From the NCBI GenBank assembly GCA_036867785.1, contig CP145417.1:124001-188000 (forward strand): a stretch of DNA of 64,000 bases. Direction: 5' to 3'. The notes below the pieces were generated by a model. It made no database searches. It was given only the letters and a program-made list of their open reading frames with translations, and was not told the origin of the DNA. Both the position numbers and the translations under genes were made by a program. Positions within the stretch are counted from its first letter, which is position 1, and each line of letters begins with the position of its first letter. This document shows, piece by piece, positions 36,053 to 46,341 of this stretch. This DNA comes from Plasmodiophora brassicae (lineage: Eukaryota).

Positions 36053-39000
36053 CTAGCGATTGGGTCTCCGCCGGTTTCGGGAGCGAGGGCCAGGTTTATC
36101 GGGATATCGAGCATGAAATTCAGCAATCGCTTGGTCCAGGCCTCCTGTCCCATGGAGATTGCCCGCGGGTTCCCAGGTGCGATCGGACGGGGAGTATCCT
36201 TCCCAATCTATGAGATATTGCAACCGCCCCGACCGGTATCGGGAATCCAAGATCGACTTAACGATGAACAGGGGCTGGTCGTCATCTTCCAATACAATGG
36301 GCGGCGGCGGTGGCTGTTGGCGATGTGGAAGGACATTAGGCGTATACGGTTCCAGCTGTGACACATGGAAGACGTTATGTAGGCGCGAGGTAGGAGGCAG
36401 CTTCACTTCGTATGCGACGGGGTTAACTGTGCGAACCACTTGGAAGGGTCCCAGCAGACGGTCATCCAGTTTCCCGCACGGGCGGCCAGTCGATAAGGTT
36501 CCACGCCTGAGCATGACGAGATCGCCCACCTGCAGTGGTGGTGGTTCGCGGCGACGGCGATCCGCAGAGCGCTTCATAGCGTCGACCGCCCGTTGCAGTT
36601 GGCCCTTCAAGTAGCGGCGAACCTTCTCAAGGAATTCGGCACGCTCATCGGCGGCTGGGTTACAGACTTGGCCATTCCTGGGTCGAGGCTCCGTCACCCT
36701 TGGATGAAACCCGTAGTTGGCGAAAAACGGCGACATGCCGGTGGCCGAATGGTCGGCGTTGTTGTACGCGAACTCGGCCATAGGCAGAAGTTGCAGCCAG
36801 TCGTCCTGCATGTAGCTAACATAGCAGCGTAAGTATTGTTCGAGGATCTGGTTCACGCGTTCCGTCTGGCCGTCGGATTCCGGGTGCCGGGATGAAGACA
36901 AGTTCCGTTGGATACCAAGACGGTCCAGTAAGTGCTTCCAGAAGGCCGACACGAACTGGGGCCCCCGGTCGGAGACGATGTCGTCCGGTAGGCCATGCAG
37001 GCGGAATATCTGCTGCAAAAACAGGTCGGACAGCTCGACCGCTGTGAGGGTCTCCTTGCACGGAATGAAGTGGGCCATTTTCGAAAACCGGTCGACGACG
37101 ACGAGGACCGAATCGTAGCCGTCGGAAACTGGAAGCTTGACAATTAGATCCATTGAGATCGATGACCACAGAGAACTCGGCAAGGGAAGAGGCAGCAGGA
37201 GCCCGGACGGTTTGTGGCGCGGAGACTTGCTTCTCTGACAAATGTCGCAGGATGAGACGTACAGTTTGACGAAGGCCCTCATGCCAGGCCACCAAAATTC
37301 ACGCTGGACAAGCCCAAGCGTTTTGCGGATACCAAAGTGACCAGAGGCCCTATTATCGTGGAGTTGCCGGAGGATCTCGATCTTGCATTCGTCTCCGGAG
37401 ACGACCAAGGAGCGTCCTTTGTACAGGAGGCCGTCTCTCAGGCAATACTTCCTACCTTGAGGTCGGTCGAGCAGACCGGCAATCTTGGCGACGAACGGAT
37501 CACTCGCTTGGTGTCGTCGGATACGGTCTAGGAGAGGCTCGGACGGAGCCGCCTCCGCGTGGACGGTGAACGCGTCCACCACGGGGGACGGAACTAGGCG
37601 ATGAAGCGGGAGCAGTTGGAGAGATTGTTGCAGGATGCCTTCTTCAGACGCCGTCGGGACGTACTCCGGGCGGCGCGTCAAGGCGTCAGGTTTACCGTGC
37701 AAGCGGCCCGGTCGGTGCTGAATCATGAAGTCGAAGCCGCTAAGCAGTTGGGACCATCGGATTTGGCGCGGATTAAGCTTGTGGGTCGTCATGAAGTACT
37801 TGAGGTTGCGGTGGTCGCTGTGCACAAGTGTCTGATGTTCATCCGAATCCAGGAACTGGCGCCATTTCTCGAAGGACGCAACAACGGCCAGGAGCTCTTT
37901 GTCGTAGACCGCATATCGGATCTCAGCGGGGTCCAGTTTCCTCGAAAAGAACGCCAGAGGGTGTAAGTCCCCGTCACGGCCCCGTTGTGAGAGGACCATG
38001 GCAATGGCGAAGTCGGAGGCATCCGTTTCAATCTCGCACGGCACGCTAGGATCGAAGTGGGCGAGGACCGGAGCGCGTGTGAACGCGCTCTTCAGAGTTG
38101 CGAAGGCGGTCGAAGCAGTCTCGTTCCAGATAAATTCGGTTTCCCCACGAGTAAGGTTCGTCAAGGGAAGTGCGATCTCCGCGAAATGCGGGATGAACTT
38201 TCGGTAGAAGTTGGCGAACCCAAGGAAGACTTGCAGCCCGTGGAGGTCACGCGGCGGGGCCCACGCGAGTATTGTGTCTACTCGGCTGGGATCCAACCGG
38301 AGGCCGTCCTTGGACACTAAGTAGCCGAGGAATTCGACCTCCGGTGCGTCGAACAAGCACTTAGACAGTTTGGCCGTCAGGCGCGCGGAGCGTAGACGTT
38401 CGAGCACCAAACGCACGTGCTGTTCATGTTCCTCAGCATTCTTGGAGAAAATCAAGATGTCGTCAAGGTAAACAACAACGAAACGGTCAATGAAGTCGCT
38501 GAATGTCTCGTTCATGAAGGCTTGAAAGGATGCCGGGGCGTTGGCAAGCCCGAAGGGCATAACCAGGTACTCGAACAATCCGTACGGTGTCCGGAATGCT
38601 GTCTTCCATTCGTCACCTTCGCGAATGCGGATCTGGTTGTACGCACTTCGAAGGTCGATCTTGGAGAAGACCGTTGCTTGACCGAGTGTCGAAAGCAGCT
38701 GGTCGATGAGCGGAAGTGGGTAACGGTTCTTCACGGTGACCGAGTTCAGGCCTCGGTAATCAACGCAAAGCCGTAACGAACCATCCTTCTTCTTCGCGAA
38801 AAGGATCGGCGCGCCGGCAGATGAACGCGACGGCCGTATGAAGTTCGACTGGAGGTTATCTTCCAAATACTTCTTGAGGGCTACCTGTTCGCGGGGAGAC
38901 AAGCCGTAGAGGCGACAGAATGGAGGCTCCGTCCCCGGTTTCAGGTCGATCGAGCAGTCAGAGGCGCGGTGCGGCGGTAAGGATGTGGCGGTGGCCTCGT

Positions 39001-40387
39001 CGAACACGTCGGCAAAATCCTGGTATTTTTCAGGTATCTTCGTCTGCTCTGACTCGGTGTCCTCGGTCCACGTATAATGGATGAGGTAGCACTGAGCGTC
39101 GTCCATGAGTGCGTCCAGGAACGGTTCGGCGTCGACTAGATGGATGGGAACGTTGGCCGCCAGAGGTTCTTCAGTGCTTGGTGCCGGCAAGGGAACGTGG
39201 TCGATCCGCGTCCCGTCGCCTTGATTAGAATCCGTGGGCCGTACGTCGCACGACGACTGTGGAGCATCTCCGGCTAGAACGTCAGGGCCGGCGTTCGGCG
39301 GGGCGATCGGACAGGCGTCGTCAGATGACGTGTTTAGATAAGCACGAAGGTCGACGCGTGCGGGTTCGCGGCACATAGTGACGAAGGCAAGCGCCCAAGC
39401 GGCCGCCACGATGGATGAGCACATGAACAGGCTGACCACCTGGCGTGCCCTGGAACCGTCGTCCAAACGACAATCTGGTAGACGTCGACCGGCTCCCCGC
39501 CTGTGTCGCTGCTCCCGCGCCGGCGACGTTAGCCAGCCTGTCTGGTCGGGGAACGATTCGAGCTCGAGGCAGTTCGCAGGGGTGTTACCGGTGTCAGCCG
39601 TTTCCAGGTCGCCAGCGGCTTTGTCCTGAGTCTCAATTGCGGCTGTCGCCAAGGACTCTGCCACCCGGCGTTCATCGTTGGCCGCAGGCGGCAATGGTGT
39701 CACGATCAGGTCTTGTGCGGAAGTTGGATCTGGATGTTGTTTTGTGTTAACAGGCGCCTGGGCGATGAGCGGAGCTGCACTAGAGGCGTCCAGGGCCGGA
39801 TAACGGCAGTCGTCGTGTGGCGCAGCCACGCTTGCCTCGGTTGTCTCAGCTTCTGCATGGCCAGGATCCGCCACAGTTGTCGGCGTTGACGTTGACGGCG
39901 AGGGGGGGCACTGGCGCGGCGAGACGAGCCGCCGGCGCCAATCCACATCTGGATTAGTCTGGGCTAGCCAGGGCAGACCCAGGATGACGGGATAGGTCGG
40001 CGAATTGATCAGATTCAGGACGATCTCACACGAGAACTGGGCGTCCACCGTCGTTCTCAACGGCTGAGTCTCCTGTGATATAGGTGCGAGCTGGCGGCCG
40101 TCGACAACGCGGACAGGTATCGGACGATGCGTCGGGCGGGTAGGCAGAACGTGGAGCCGCGCGAAGGACCAGTCGATAAAGTTGCTAGTCGCGCCACAGT
40201 CGATCAAGGCCGTTGTCGAGATACTTTCGGACCCGGTGTATATGGTCATCGGAAGTACGAGATGCGGGACAGAGCGGGCGTGGAGAAACATGAGATCGCT
40301 TATTTGAACAGGGTCGGGTTCGGATGACAATGCAGAGTTTACTGGGTGGCCGGCGAACCCGTTGGCGGTCACCCTTGGACATTTCCC
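36053..40387 (-). CDS. Pol of family A (PR-linker-RT-RH-IN-chromodomain), reached by -1 frameshift
   Basis: LIDCGA, YLDD, TDASD, HHCC and D,D35E integrase, GPF motif, chromodomain [17 protein letters not shown]. Confidence 0.93.
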   Translation of the reverse strand, partial: GKCPRVTANGFAGHPVNSALSSEPDPVQISDLMFLHARSVPHLVLPMTIYTGSESISTTALIDCGATSNFIDWSFARLHVLPTRPTHRPIPVRVVDGRQLAPISQETQPLRTTVDAQFSCEIVLNLINSPTYPVILGLPWLAQTNPDVDWRRRLVSPRQCPPSPSTSTPTTVADPGHAEAETTEASVAAPHDDCRYPALDASSAAPLIAQAPVNTKQHPDPTSAQDLIVTPLPPAANDERRVAESLATAAIETQDKAAGDLETADTGNTPANCLELESFPDQTGWLTSPAREQRHRRGAGRRLPDCRLDDGSRARQVVSLFMCSSIVAAAWALAFVTMCREPARVDLRAYLNTSSDDACPIAPPNAGPDVLAGDAPQSSCDVRPTDSNQGDGTRIDHVPLPAPSTEEPLAANVPIHLVDAEPFLDALMDDAQCYLIHYTWTEDTESEQTKIPEKYQDFADVFDEATATSLPPHRASDCSIDLKPGTEPPFCRLYGLSPREQVALKKYLEDNLQSNFIRPSRSSAGAPILFAKKKDGSLRLCVDYRGLNSVTVKNRYPLPLIDQLLSTLGQATVFSKIDLRSAYNQIRIREGDEWKTAFRTPYGLFEYLVMPFGLANAPASFQAFMNETFSDFIDRFVVVYLDDILIFSKNAEEHEQHVRLVLERLRSARLTAKLSKCLFDAPEVEFLGYLVSKDGLRLDPSRVDTILAWAPPRDLHGLQVFLGFANFYRKFIPHFAEIALPLTNLTRGETEFIWNETASTAFATLKSAFTRAPVLAHFDPSVPCEIETDASDFAIAMVLSQRGRDGDLHPLAFFSRKLDPAEIRYAVYDKELLAVVASFEKWRQFLDSDEHQTLVHSDHRNLKYFMTTHKLNPRQIRWSQLLSGFDFMIQHRPGRLHGKPDALTRRPEYVPTASEEGILQQSLQLLPLHRLVPSPVVDAFTVHAEAAPSEPLLDRIRRHQASDPFVAKIAGLLDRPQGRKYCLRDGLLYKGRSLVVSGDECKIEILRQLHDNRASGHFGIRKTLGLVQREFWWPGMRAFVKLYVSSCDICQRSKSPRHKPSGLLLPLPLPSSLWSSISMDLIVKLPVSDGYDSVLVVVDRFSKMAHFIPCKETLTAVELSDLFLQQIFRLHGLPDDIVSDRGPQFVSAFWKHLLDRLGIQRNLSSSRHPESDGQTERVNQILEQYLRCYVSYMQDDWLQLLPMAEFAYNNADHSATGMSPFFANYGFHPRVTEPRPRNGQVCNPAADERAEFLEKVRRYLKGQLQRAVDAMKRSADRRRREPPPLQVGDLVMLRRGTLSTGRPCGKLDDRLLGPFQVVRTVNPVAYEVKLPPTSRLHNVFHVSQLEPYTPNVLPHRQQPPPPPIVLEDDDQPLFIVKSILDSRYRSGRLQYLIDWEGYSPSDRTWEPAGNLHGTGGLDQAIAEFHARYPDKPGPRSRNRRRPNR
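40315..40387 (-). promoter_or_regulatory. -1 programmed ribosomal frameshift signal
   Basis: G GGA AAU heptamer in gag frame, 6-nt spacer, predicted H-type pseudoknot. Confidence 0.8.
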
Positions 40388-41217
40388 GGTGCAACCGGCG
40401 GCCGTTTCGGGCAATCCGCGATCCGGTGGCCATCTTCTTTGCAGTAGAAGCAGAGGCCGTCCTTGCGGGCACGCTCACGGGCATCGGCGGCGACAACCTT
40501 CGGAACGGGGTAGCGCGGGCAGAGGTGTTTCGCCTTTTTGACCATCTCGTCGAAGTCGGTGATCATGTCCTCGAACAGTTTTTCCGACAAGGCAGTATGC
40601 AGCGACTTCCGGAACTTCGACGCGCGCCGGGCCGAACTCATCTTGAAGGTTGCATCCGCGCGCTGAAGCGCTTGATACAAATTGTTGAACATCAACACAT
40701 GCTCTTCGACAGGTTCGGTCTGGGTGAGGTTGTCGAAGCACTCCTCCAGCTGTTCGAACGTCGGCACCGGAAACCATTTTGACATCGCGTAGGACAGGTC
40801 GGCCATCGTGGCGTCGTCCGGCAGCCCGAAATAGACTTCCAACGCCGGGCCTTCCAGCGATCTAAGAAGGGCGCTGTGCGCCGCCGGCGGAAGGCGGGTC
40901 GTCGATGACGGGAGCTGCAGCGTCCTTGACAGACACTTCAGAAAGTCGCGGGAGTTCGTGGAACTGTCGCGAATACGCCCGGTAAAGCGGGGCAGGTGGA
41001 TCTGGTGGTCGACGATGTGTCGGGATGTCGGCGACGGCTCGCTCGGCGGCATCTTGTCGGGCAGCGAGCGATTTATCGCTGTCCCAACGGCATCTTCGAC
41101 CCGGTCGGCCACTACGGACTGCATAGCTTTCAGCTGGTGCAGCATGTCGCTGACAGTGAGCGTGAGGTCCCGCACTTGATCTGCCAGTGCGGCGATCTGG
41201 TCCTCGCTCGTTGTCAT
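40369..41217 (-). CDS. Gag of family A
   Basis: ATG at 41217; CCHC knuckle [14 protein letters not shown]. Confidence 0.9.
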   Translation of the reverse strand: MTTSEDQIAALADQVRDLTLTVSDMLHQLKAMQSVVADRVEDAVGTAINRSLPDKMPPSEPSPTSRHIVDHQIHLPRFTGRIRDSSTNSRDFLKCLSRTLQLPSSTTRLPPAAHSALLRSLEGPALEVYFGLPDDATMADLSYAMSKWFPVPTFEQLEECFDNLTQTEPVEEHVLMFNNLYQALQRADATFKMSSARRASKFRKSLHTALSEKLFEDMITDFDEMVKKAKHLCPRYPVPKVVAADARERARKDGLCFYCKEDGHRIADCPKRPPVAPGNVQG

Positions 41218-41256
41218 CGCGAACACACCGGTAGACGGACAGGAAACGGGACGGCA

Positions 41257-41368
41257 GGAACGGAGCGGGCGGAACGGAGCGGGCGGAACGGAGCGGGCGG
41301 AACGGAGCGGGCGGAACGGAGCGGGCGGAACGGAGCGGGCGGAACGGAGCGGGCGGAACGGGGCGGGC
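41257..41368. repeat. 14-bp VNTR (GGAACGGAGCGGGC) x8 in the retroelement leader
   Basis: 7 perfect + 1 variant unit; 6 units in the copy at 8813-8896. Confidence 0.92.
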
Positions 41369-41390
41369 GGGACGGCGGTGACCGTTGGTT

Positions 41391-41401
41391 AGTCCGTCAA
41401 A
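41391..41401 (-). promoter_or_regulatory. Self-priming-type primer binding site
   Basis: Element-sense TTTGACGGACT, 1 nt after the 5' LTR, is the exact complement of LTR bases 41446-41436. Confidence 0.8.
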
Positions 41402-44400
41402 ATGTCACGATCAGGCAAGCTGATGCAACGAACGCTTTGACGGACTGGCGAAGTCCGTCGCGGGGTTCGGGATTTATTCAGTTATCACAGAGACAGCTTC
41501 GATGTCGATATCGGAAAAGACGGCCTCGCCTCATTCGCCATATCGACTGCATCGTCCATGACCTGCCGCAGCTGTTCGTTGGCATCCCGTACGTGACCAG
41601 GGGAAAACATGAACAAACACCAGCGCCGCCAGTTATTATACGCCGCGTACAGATTGAGACACAGAGCGTACACTCTGCAAGAAGGCACCGTCAGGCAGCG
41701 CAAGTGGGCCCTTCACTGAATTGTTGATATCTGTACAGTACGGAAAGGGCTCGGTGGAGTGGTATCAGATCAACTGATCTATGGGTCAGACGCAGAGCGT
41801 CCGGAAATGCGCTCGAATTCCTGTGGCTGGAAAGAATCGCATGCTTTGCCCAGTCGTTGAGCCCGTTACGCAGCGTTGCCGCGCTTGCCTTCCTCCCTCG
41901 TCGGGGCAGCGTGTAGGATTTCTCCAATATAGTCAACTCCTGTATCAGAACTAGCTCGATCACAGGCCATACTGGGCCTGTGTCGTATCATGCTGTAGCC
42001 ATGCCAGTGTCAACAGAGGTGTCAGTGAGGGATAGCCAGTGATGCCATGCAGTGACATCACCAGAGTCAGGCTGATGTAGGGAATGAGGCGTAAATAGCC
42101 GGCCCATTTCTACACTGCCTTTCTCCGAACTCATGACCGGAATCAGCATGATACGGGATGATTGATGAGGGATGATTGATGATGCCCAGATGATGACCAT
42201 GCAGAAGGGTAGTGTGAGACTCGGGTGCCAATTATGAGCGCCCACTACTCACTAAAAACCACCTTGTAACCCGATGGGAGAAATCGGTGGAAAATCCATT
42301 TGCGGACACCCCCAGCAGGAATGTCAACCATCGGAATACCTCTGCTAGAAGATCAGATAAACATTCCACCTGCGGAACGTACCTGACGAGGACATCGGCA
42401 GTGGGGCGCTCAACCCACATGGGAGGAGCCCTTGACCACATCCACCTCCGAAGTATCATTCACACGACTCAACGACCGGCACACATGTGCGGGCCCCCAG
42501 CGCTACAGGAGCCTCAATCCCGCGGTGAAGAGGAACTTCGAAGATGTTGCCGAATGCCTCGTGAGAAAATGTGTCAGAACGGCAATCGCTCAATAAGAGC
42601 ACCAATGGCATACTAGGAGCGCCATGGATAGAGATAGCCCAGATATGAGCGAGAATGGCATACTAGCTCACGATAGGAGCGCCATTGATAACCATGGTGC
42701 CGCTATGGCAACCAGGTTGGATAATGCGGTTTCCAATATTGGAGAACCATGATCATGATCATCTGCGTATTGTTCACCATCGAATCAATACGGTCGCGCC
42801 GTCCACGTATATATATATAGGTACCGACGCTAGGAAGAGCGACTTATACTGAAGTCACCTATGCAACAATAATCATGCATTAATGGCGTTCATTGCCATC
42901 ATACCTAGTTGCTGCGTCGCTTCCTCCCTCTGGATGCGGTACTCTTGGTGCGCGCCCGTTTCGCGGTCGGCGGTACCAATTGAGATAACGCCTCGGCATG
43001 CTGATGATCTTCGCATCGGCACCGCTTTTGAACAGTTCTGCTTCTATTGCAGGGACCGCCCTGGACGCGCCCGCCGCCGCTCGACAATGCGACTCTTGAC
43101 GTATGCTGCTCGTCCATCCCTATCTTTGCACCAATCTGACCACGATTACTGCAGCACTGTTGCCCATTCGGGCCATGATCGTGCATCTAGCTGCGCCACG
43201 TCTGGTATGCGGCCTGGATGAGCAACGGCAACGTGCCGTCCGTTGCATGGCACGTTGGGAGCCAACTCACCACATCCCTCGGATCGCCGTCCTTGACGCG
43301 TCTGGCGGCCCGGCGTGGTCGGGCGCTGACGTCGGCGCCGTCAAACGGCGCTGATTCCCGGAGCCACTACGAGCAAAGCGCGTCCTGCTGGGCGCCTGTT
43401 AACAAGCCCATACGTCCGGACGAACGCACTGCGCCCCCATACCCGGTACGGTTCCTCGCCTAACGCACAGAACCAGGTCATCTAGTATACGTGCTGGGCA
43501 GGACACGCGTGCCGTCTCCCGTCCGTCCAGCATGGGCACCTGCAAGGCAGCAGTCGTCATGCCTGGACGAGACGGGGCGGGGACAACGTCGTGCCGACCT
43601 GCTCGTCAGGTGTGGCGGCGCGCCGATCGTTGCAGTCGTGCGCGTGCGCTCGCGCATACCAGAATCACCGACGCCAGGTGCCGCTACACACAGAACACGT
43701 CGTGCTGGACGCTTGCCCACCAGTCCGACACGTCTGGACGAACGCATGGATTTGGTATGCTGCGTGCCCTATTAATTTGCATAAAGAGACGCGTTCTTAC
43801 CCATGCTGTCAGGACACGTCTGCCGTCACCTGACGAATCCCGTCCAGTGTGAGTCCCTGCAAGCCAGCAGTCCTCGTGCGCCGGATAAACGGTTACGCGT
43901 CTGCACCGACCTGCGTCCTCAGCTACCATGACGTCCTGGCCACCTGACGATCGTTGTAACTGAAGGCGCGCGTCCCTGATCCTGCACCATGTAACGGTGG
44001 AAGTCTTGTCTATCAAGGGCGTCGCCGAGTTTACCTGTTGGGCAGCGCCTTCTTGCCGTGTCGGATGTCCAGCAGGACAGCGGCTCCCTGCGCCAGTGGT
44101 CTCCAGTCGACATGACATGCGCCCTTCTGCCTGTAACGGACCACCCGCCGACCTCCATACCAGCATATCGCGCGTTCGAAAAGCGTTCACTACAATCGGA
44201 TGAGGTACTACAGATGGTCCTGGAGTCGGGCGCCTTAGGGAAGCATGCGCTGCAATCGGTGCACGGCGCGCGTGCGTCGTCGTTCGAGAAGTCTAAAGTT
44301 GCCCTCCTTTGTTGGGAGCATGCCGGATAAGGCCAGATGAGTAGCGCAAACAAGTGGGGTGGGCCAGAGCAATTGGTTTCCTGTGACCCCCATCAAATGC

Positions 44401-44464
44401 TTGGCGTCTAGTGCCCGTCAATGCGACAAGGTAAGGTACAACCCGGGCCCAGGCCTTCGGCGGC

Positions 44465-45915
44465 TTGATTGCGCGGCCCGACATCGATCGGGTTCGGGTC
44501 GCTTGTGTGTTGTGGATGGATGACGATATACGTCAGAGTTCGTTGCCATCCCCAGCCCATTGAGCAAAGGTCGGCGCCAATCAACGTCAAGGCATGGGCC
44601 GACTCCGTGGCGGGCGTCGTCGACGCGGCCGACGTCCTGACGACGTCAACAGGGCCATCTGCAACATCCTACACTGTCGGCCGACGACGCTTGTCTTCGA
44701 CATCCGTTGTCCTCGATGGCATGCCGCGCCTGCCTGCTCTGTCTGCGCCCGCGCCGGCGTCGCCGCCGACCAACTGCACGAGCCAATAGATTGGCTGCGA
44801 CCACAACTCGTCCTGCAGGGTGTCTACTGGCGCGCCAGGTACGGCAGGTCTGACATCGTGCACCTGCGGGACAGATGCGAGTTGTCGCCTGGCTCCTGGA
44901 TATCTGGCGTTCTGGACTGGGATTCGCCTGCCGCCGTCAGGCCAGTGTGAAGCCCTGCCGAAAACTGGCCAATGCATCCGCTCTTGTGCGACATGCTGGA
45001 CCATTAACCTACAATCTCTGCTGACATCCCTGGCATTCTGGCAGGCACAGGCTATGCTGGTGAGAATCCTGCCGAGATCCGTGTCACCGCTGATGACCCC
45101 GTGATTCTGATCCTGATCCACAGACGTACCATCAGCCAGGTCCTGACCTTGTTGGAATTCGGGTGACGTTAGTCGTCGCGTAATCCAGTTCCAGCCCTTG
45201 TTGACGTTCACGTGACGACGATCTACTTGAACGACTCCATTCTGGTATGCTGCCCGTCGTTTACCATTAGCAGCGCTTCTGAACGGTTCTGCTTCTATTG
45301 CAGGGACCGCCCTGGACGCGCCCGCCGCCGCACGACGATATGACGCTTGACGTATGTTACTCGTCTATCCCTATCGTTGCCTTAATCTGAGCACGCCTAC
45401 TGCAGCACTGTCGCCCGTTCGGACCATGATCGTGCATCTAGCTGCGCCACGTCTGGTATATGGCCTGTCTGAGCAACGGCCACGTGCCGTCAGTGGCATG
45501 GCACATACAAAGCCAACCCGCCACGTCACTCGGATCGCCGTCTTGCATGTTGCTCCTGACCCGGCTGGCGGCCCTGCGTGCTCGGGCGCAGAGGTCGGCG
45601 CCATGAAACGGCGCTGATGCCCCGGGAGCCACAAGGACCAGAACACGTCCTGCTGGGCGCCCGACAACAAACCCATACGTCCGGACGACGCGCTACGCCC
45701 CCATAACCGGTACGGTTCCTCCTCTAAGGCACAGAACCAGGTCTTCTAATACGTGCTGGGCAGGACACGCGTACCGTCTCCCGTCCGTCCAGCATGGGCA
45801 CCTGCAAGGCAGCAGTCGTCCTGCGTAGGCGAGTCGGGGCGAATTCAACGTCGTGCCGACCCGGCTTGTTAGCTGTGGCGGCACGCCGATCGTTGCAATC
45901 GGTCGCGCGCGCTCC
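44465..45915. repeat. ~1.45-kb direct repeat, copy 1
   Basis: Near-identical to 50355-51806. Confidence 0.92.
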
Positions 45916-45958
45916 ACATGCGACCGGACGGGAAGACGGATTGTTGTATCGAACTGAA

Positions 45959-46123
45959 GATATCGTCCAGGCGCGAAGAACCCAGTACAAAGGTGATGGT
46001 CCGGCACTGCCAGGCCGGGGGACGTTGGCGTTCTGCTGGCTGAACCTTCGGTCCTCGGACATGAGACCGAGGCGCCTGCGTGAAAAGCGCGAAGCACAAA
46101 TAAACTAAACTAACTAAACTAAC
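45959..46123 (+). mobile_element. SINE 3' fragment
   Basis: SINE body from GATATCGTCCAGG to the AAACT tail. Confidence 0.8.
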
Positions 46124-46341
46124 GCGGACGTTTCGGCGTGCCTCACAGTGCACAAAGCAGAGAGTCACTACCGTCACACGATCGATCCACGAAGTTAGGT
46201 AGTGGTAGCCCACAAGGGGCCATTGTCCCGCGTGACATGCGACCGGACAGGAAGACGGATTGTTGTATCGAACTGAAAAGCCCGAGAGAGTAGTGGCCTG
46301 ACGATGACGACAAGCGATGGTGTGCGGGTGACCGAGGAGAT

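Larger units (their letters stand above)
35953..41489 (-). mobile_element. Full-length Ty3/gypsy chromovirus, family A
   Basis: Identical 87-bp TG..CA LTRs (35953-36039, 41403-41489); 5-bp TSD GAGAC (35948-35952, 41490-41494). Confidence 0.97.

Noticed and set aside
42202-42258. CACTA-like termini (GGGTAGTG and CACTACTCACTAAAA)
   Set aside because: No matching partner TIR or TSD found in the window.
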